The notes under the pieces: model-generated
Databases searched by the model: none
Seen by the model: the letters and a program-made list of their open reading frames with translations, nothing else
What the model was told of the DNA's origin: nothing
Program-made: the position numbers and the translations under genes
In this document: one piece after another, positions 61,831 through 64,000 of the stretch
How positions within the stretch are numbered: position 1 is the stretch's first letter
Layout of the letters: every line of letters starts with the position of its first letter
Source: Obrimoposthia wandeli
Taxonomy: Eukaryota
NCBI GenBank assembly: GCA_977020255.1
Contig: CDROCS010003798.1
Location: forward strand, 124,001 to 188,000
Length of the DNA stretch: 64,000 nucleotides
Direction: 5' to 3'

Positions 61831-64000
61831 GGTAATCAAATTGTATTTTGATTATCACAAACACTGTCAAATACTATTTTCAAATTTTTGCTTAATATGT
61901 CTGCTAGCTTTATATTGATGTAGAAATTAACCCCACACATGGAGAGGTTCTAGAGATATTATCCAAAATATTCACCATCATATTAAGTACCTTATATATC
62001 ACATAGAAAATCGAACAGCATGAAATGGGTGGCTGTAGACATACATACATGATACTCTAGATACAGTCAACAGTTAGAAGACTATATACATGAGGCGACT
62101 GTCGATTGTGACAGTGCTCAAGTTATTGCAGCTAATGAACCTTTCCCCCGGATTTGATATTGTTAACCATGATAGTCTTATTTATGATCAGTAGCTTTAT
62201 ATTAGTTTAAGAGCTACACTTCAAGTAGAAATTAAGTTTTAGAAATGTATGATTGCACAAAATATACCAGTATGATTAACCATGTGGAAAAGAATGATAT
62301 AAATAACCATATACATATTAAGGCTGATGATATTAAATAAGATTTTACTCCTAAAAAGATAAAAAAGATGTAATAAAGATTGAAAAACCAATTGAAGAAC
62401 ACATTTATGATAGAAATGAGATCTGAAATAGAACGAAATTTGGTTACGAAGTGTTGAAGCGAAAGTAAAACATATGAAAATCCAAAGTTCAGAAACCCAA
62501 ACCTGACCTAAAGAAATATCACAAATTGAGCAGTCTTGAGTTAATTGCCCAAAATTGATAAAAATGTATCATTCTTCGCAATATTTCTTGACTAGTGAAG
62601 TCTCCAGCTGCTTCTTGCATTTTTCCAAGATGCATACACACTCACAGCATTAGACTTGTGAAGATCATATTAATTTGGGGCTTTTGTGAGAGAATTAGTA
62701 GGATCTTAATTTCAATGTGCAAGGTTACATTTTCAGAATCCTGTGCTCTACAAATTGTCAATTAAACATATTTCAAAATATTTTATACTTAGATATACTA
62801 AATAAAAACGCAATAATATTATTTTACAAAATTATCTATACGGGGTTCGGTGAGAACAGTGACGATATGTGGGGTGGAAATTTAGTCTAAAATCGATGGT
62901 TAATTTAGAGAAATTAAGAATGTGTATTTAACTCAATCCTCGTCCCCGATTCAGCAGTGTGGGTCAAAACCATAATTTGATCTGTGAATCCATTAGTGTG
63001 GAATGTAAATTTGCGTAGACTCTATTCCACACAGTTAATATTTGTACACATTCTCCAGTGTTTAGATTCAGGTTCTGATTTACCGAAGAGTTGGTGTGTC
63101 CTCGCGCTTGTGGTGTCTTGACTTAAACTTCAGACCTGTGTGTGAACTTCCAATCCGCAAATCGGGACAAATCTAATGCAGATTGAATGAGATATCGTCT
63201 GTTATCCAATCCCCAATGCAGTTCAACTACGTTGAATCAGCCAAGAATATACAGGAAACTGATTATAGACAAATCTGTGATTTATGAGTTTACTTTTGTT
63301 GTTTTAATGTGTCACATTTCCTAAGTAATTGAGTTTCTTTATGTCAATATTTGCCCTCTTTCCGTATTTAGTGATTTCTGCTTCACACAGGACAGCGTTC
63401 CTCCTACAACACATTAATAGTATAAATTTGCATTATTATGTTATATTATACATCAAATAAGTACTTGAATAGATTTGAAACATAAATAGACCAAAGTATG
63501 TCGCTGTAGTCTATGTCAAAGTAAAAAAATCTAACAAAATATATTTTTCTGGCTTAGGCAATTATAATTATACCTTTTCATGAAAGGTTTCCCTTTCACA
63601 AAAATACGATTTAAAGTATAGTTATGCAACCCGGTTACAACAAAACTAATTATATTGCACCATCATGTACATTTATTATTTAAAGTAGGGTCAGTTAATT
63701 GTAAACGGAAAGTTGAAATACTTGGCTCCGTTTGCAACAATGGAATTTATTAGAAACCAATACGAGCATTTCATGTTTTCGTAACAGATCGTACCTAATA
63801 ATTAATTTTTATCACTAAATAAACGTTTTCATACATATATCAAGTTATTATTTTGTGTATAGCATTGTGTTTTCTGACCTTATGTTATTCCTGACATTTT
63901 GCAATTTCGTTAAAAGGAAATATGGATTTTTTTACATGGACAACATAGCGTAAAGTTATTTTCTTTATTGAGATAGAAGCTATTGCGGATCTAAAGTACG

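Noticed and set aside
62990-63150. C2H2 zinc-finger relic on the minus strand (HTGE/HTGLK-like)
   Set aside because: Cys/His spacing not recoverable without several assumed mutations.

Overview
AT-rich eukaryotic (animal) genomic DNA with 42-46 nt spliceosomal introns; the host species cannot be named from sequence alone. The centrepiece is a ~14.4 kb degenerate Polinton/Maverick (adintovirus-like) element (~7417-21769), probably inside an intron of a long minus-strand host gene. It carries pPolB, adenain protease, major and minor capsid, integrase, packaging ATPase and small core-type proteins, plus an accessory block (BIR-BIR-RING IAP and a catalytically dead dual-specificity phosphatase). 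Its pPolB gene appears to contain two GT-AG introns, and its TIRs carry phased AP-1, CRE and nuclear-receptor motifs. Also present: a CFAP144/FAM183-like gene, a secreted pacifastin-like peptide gene, a 16-bp intronic minisatellite, hAT MITEs and hAT/Tc1 relics, a non-autonomous piggyBac, an LTR-like unit with a palindromic repeat-spacer array, and a decayed BEL/Pao retrotransposon with DEAD-box helicase and possible kinase relics in its 5' region. All calls come from manual reading and motif recognition; no searches or alignments were run.
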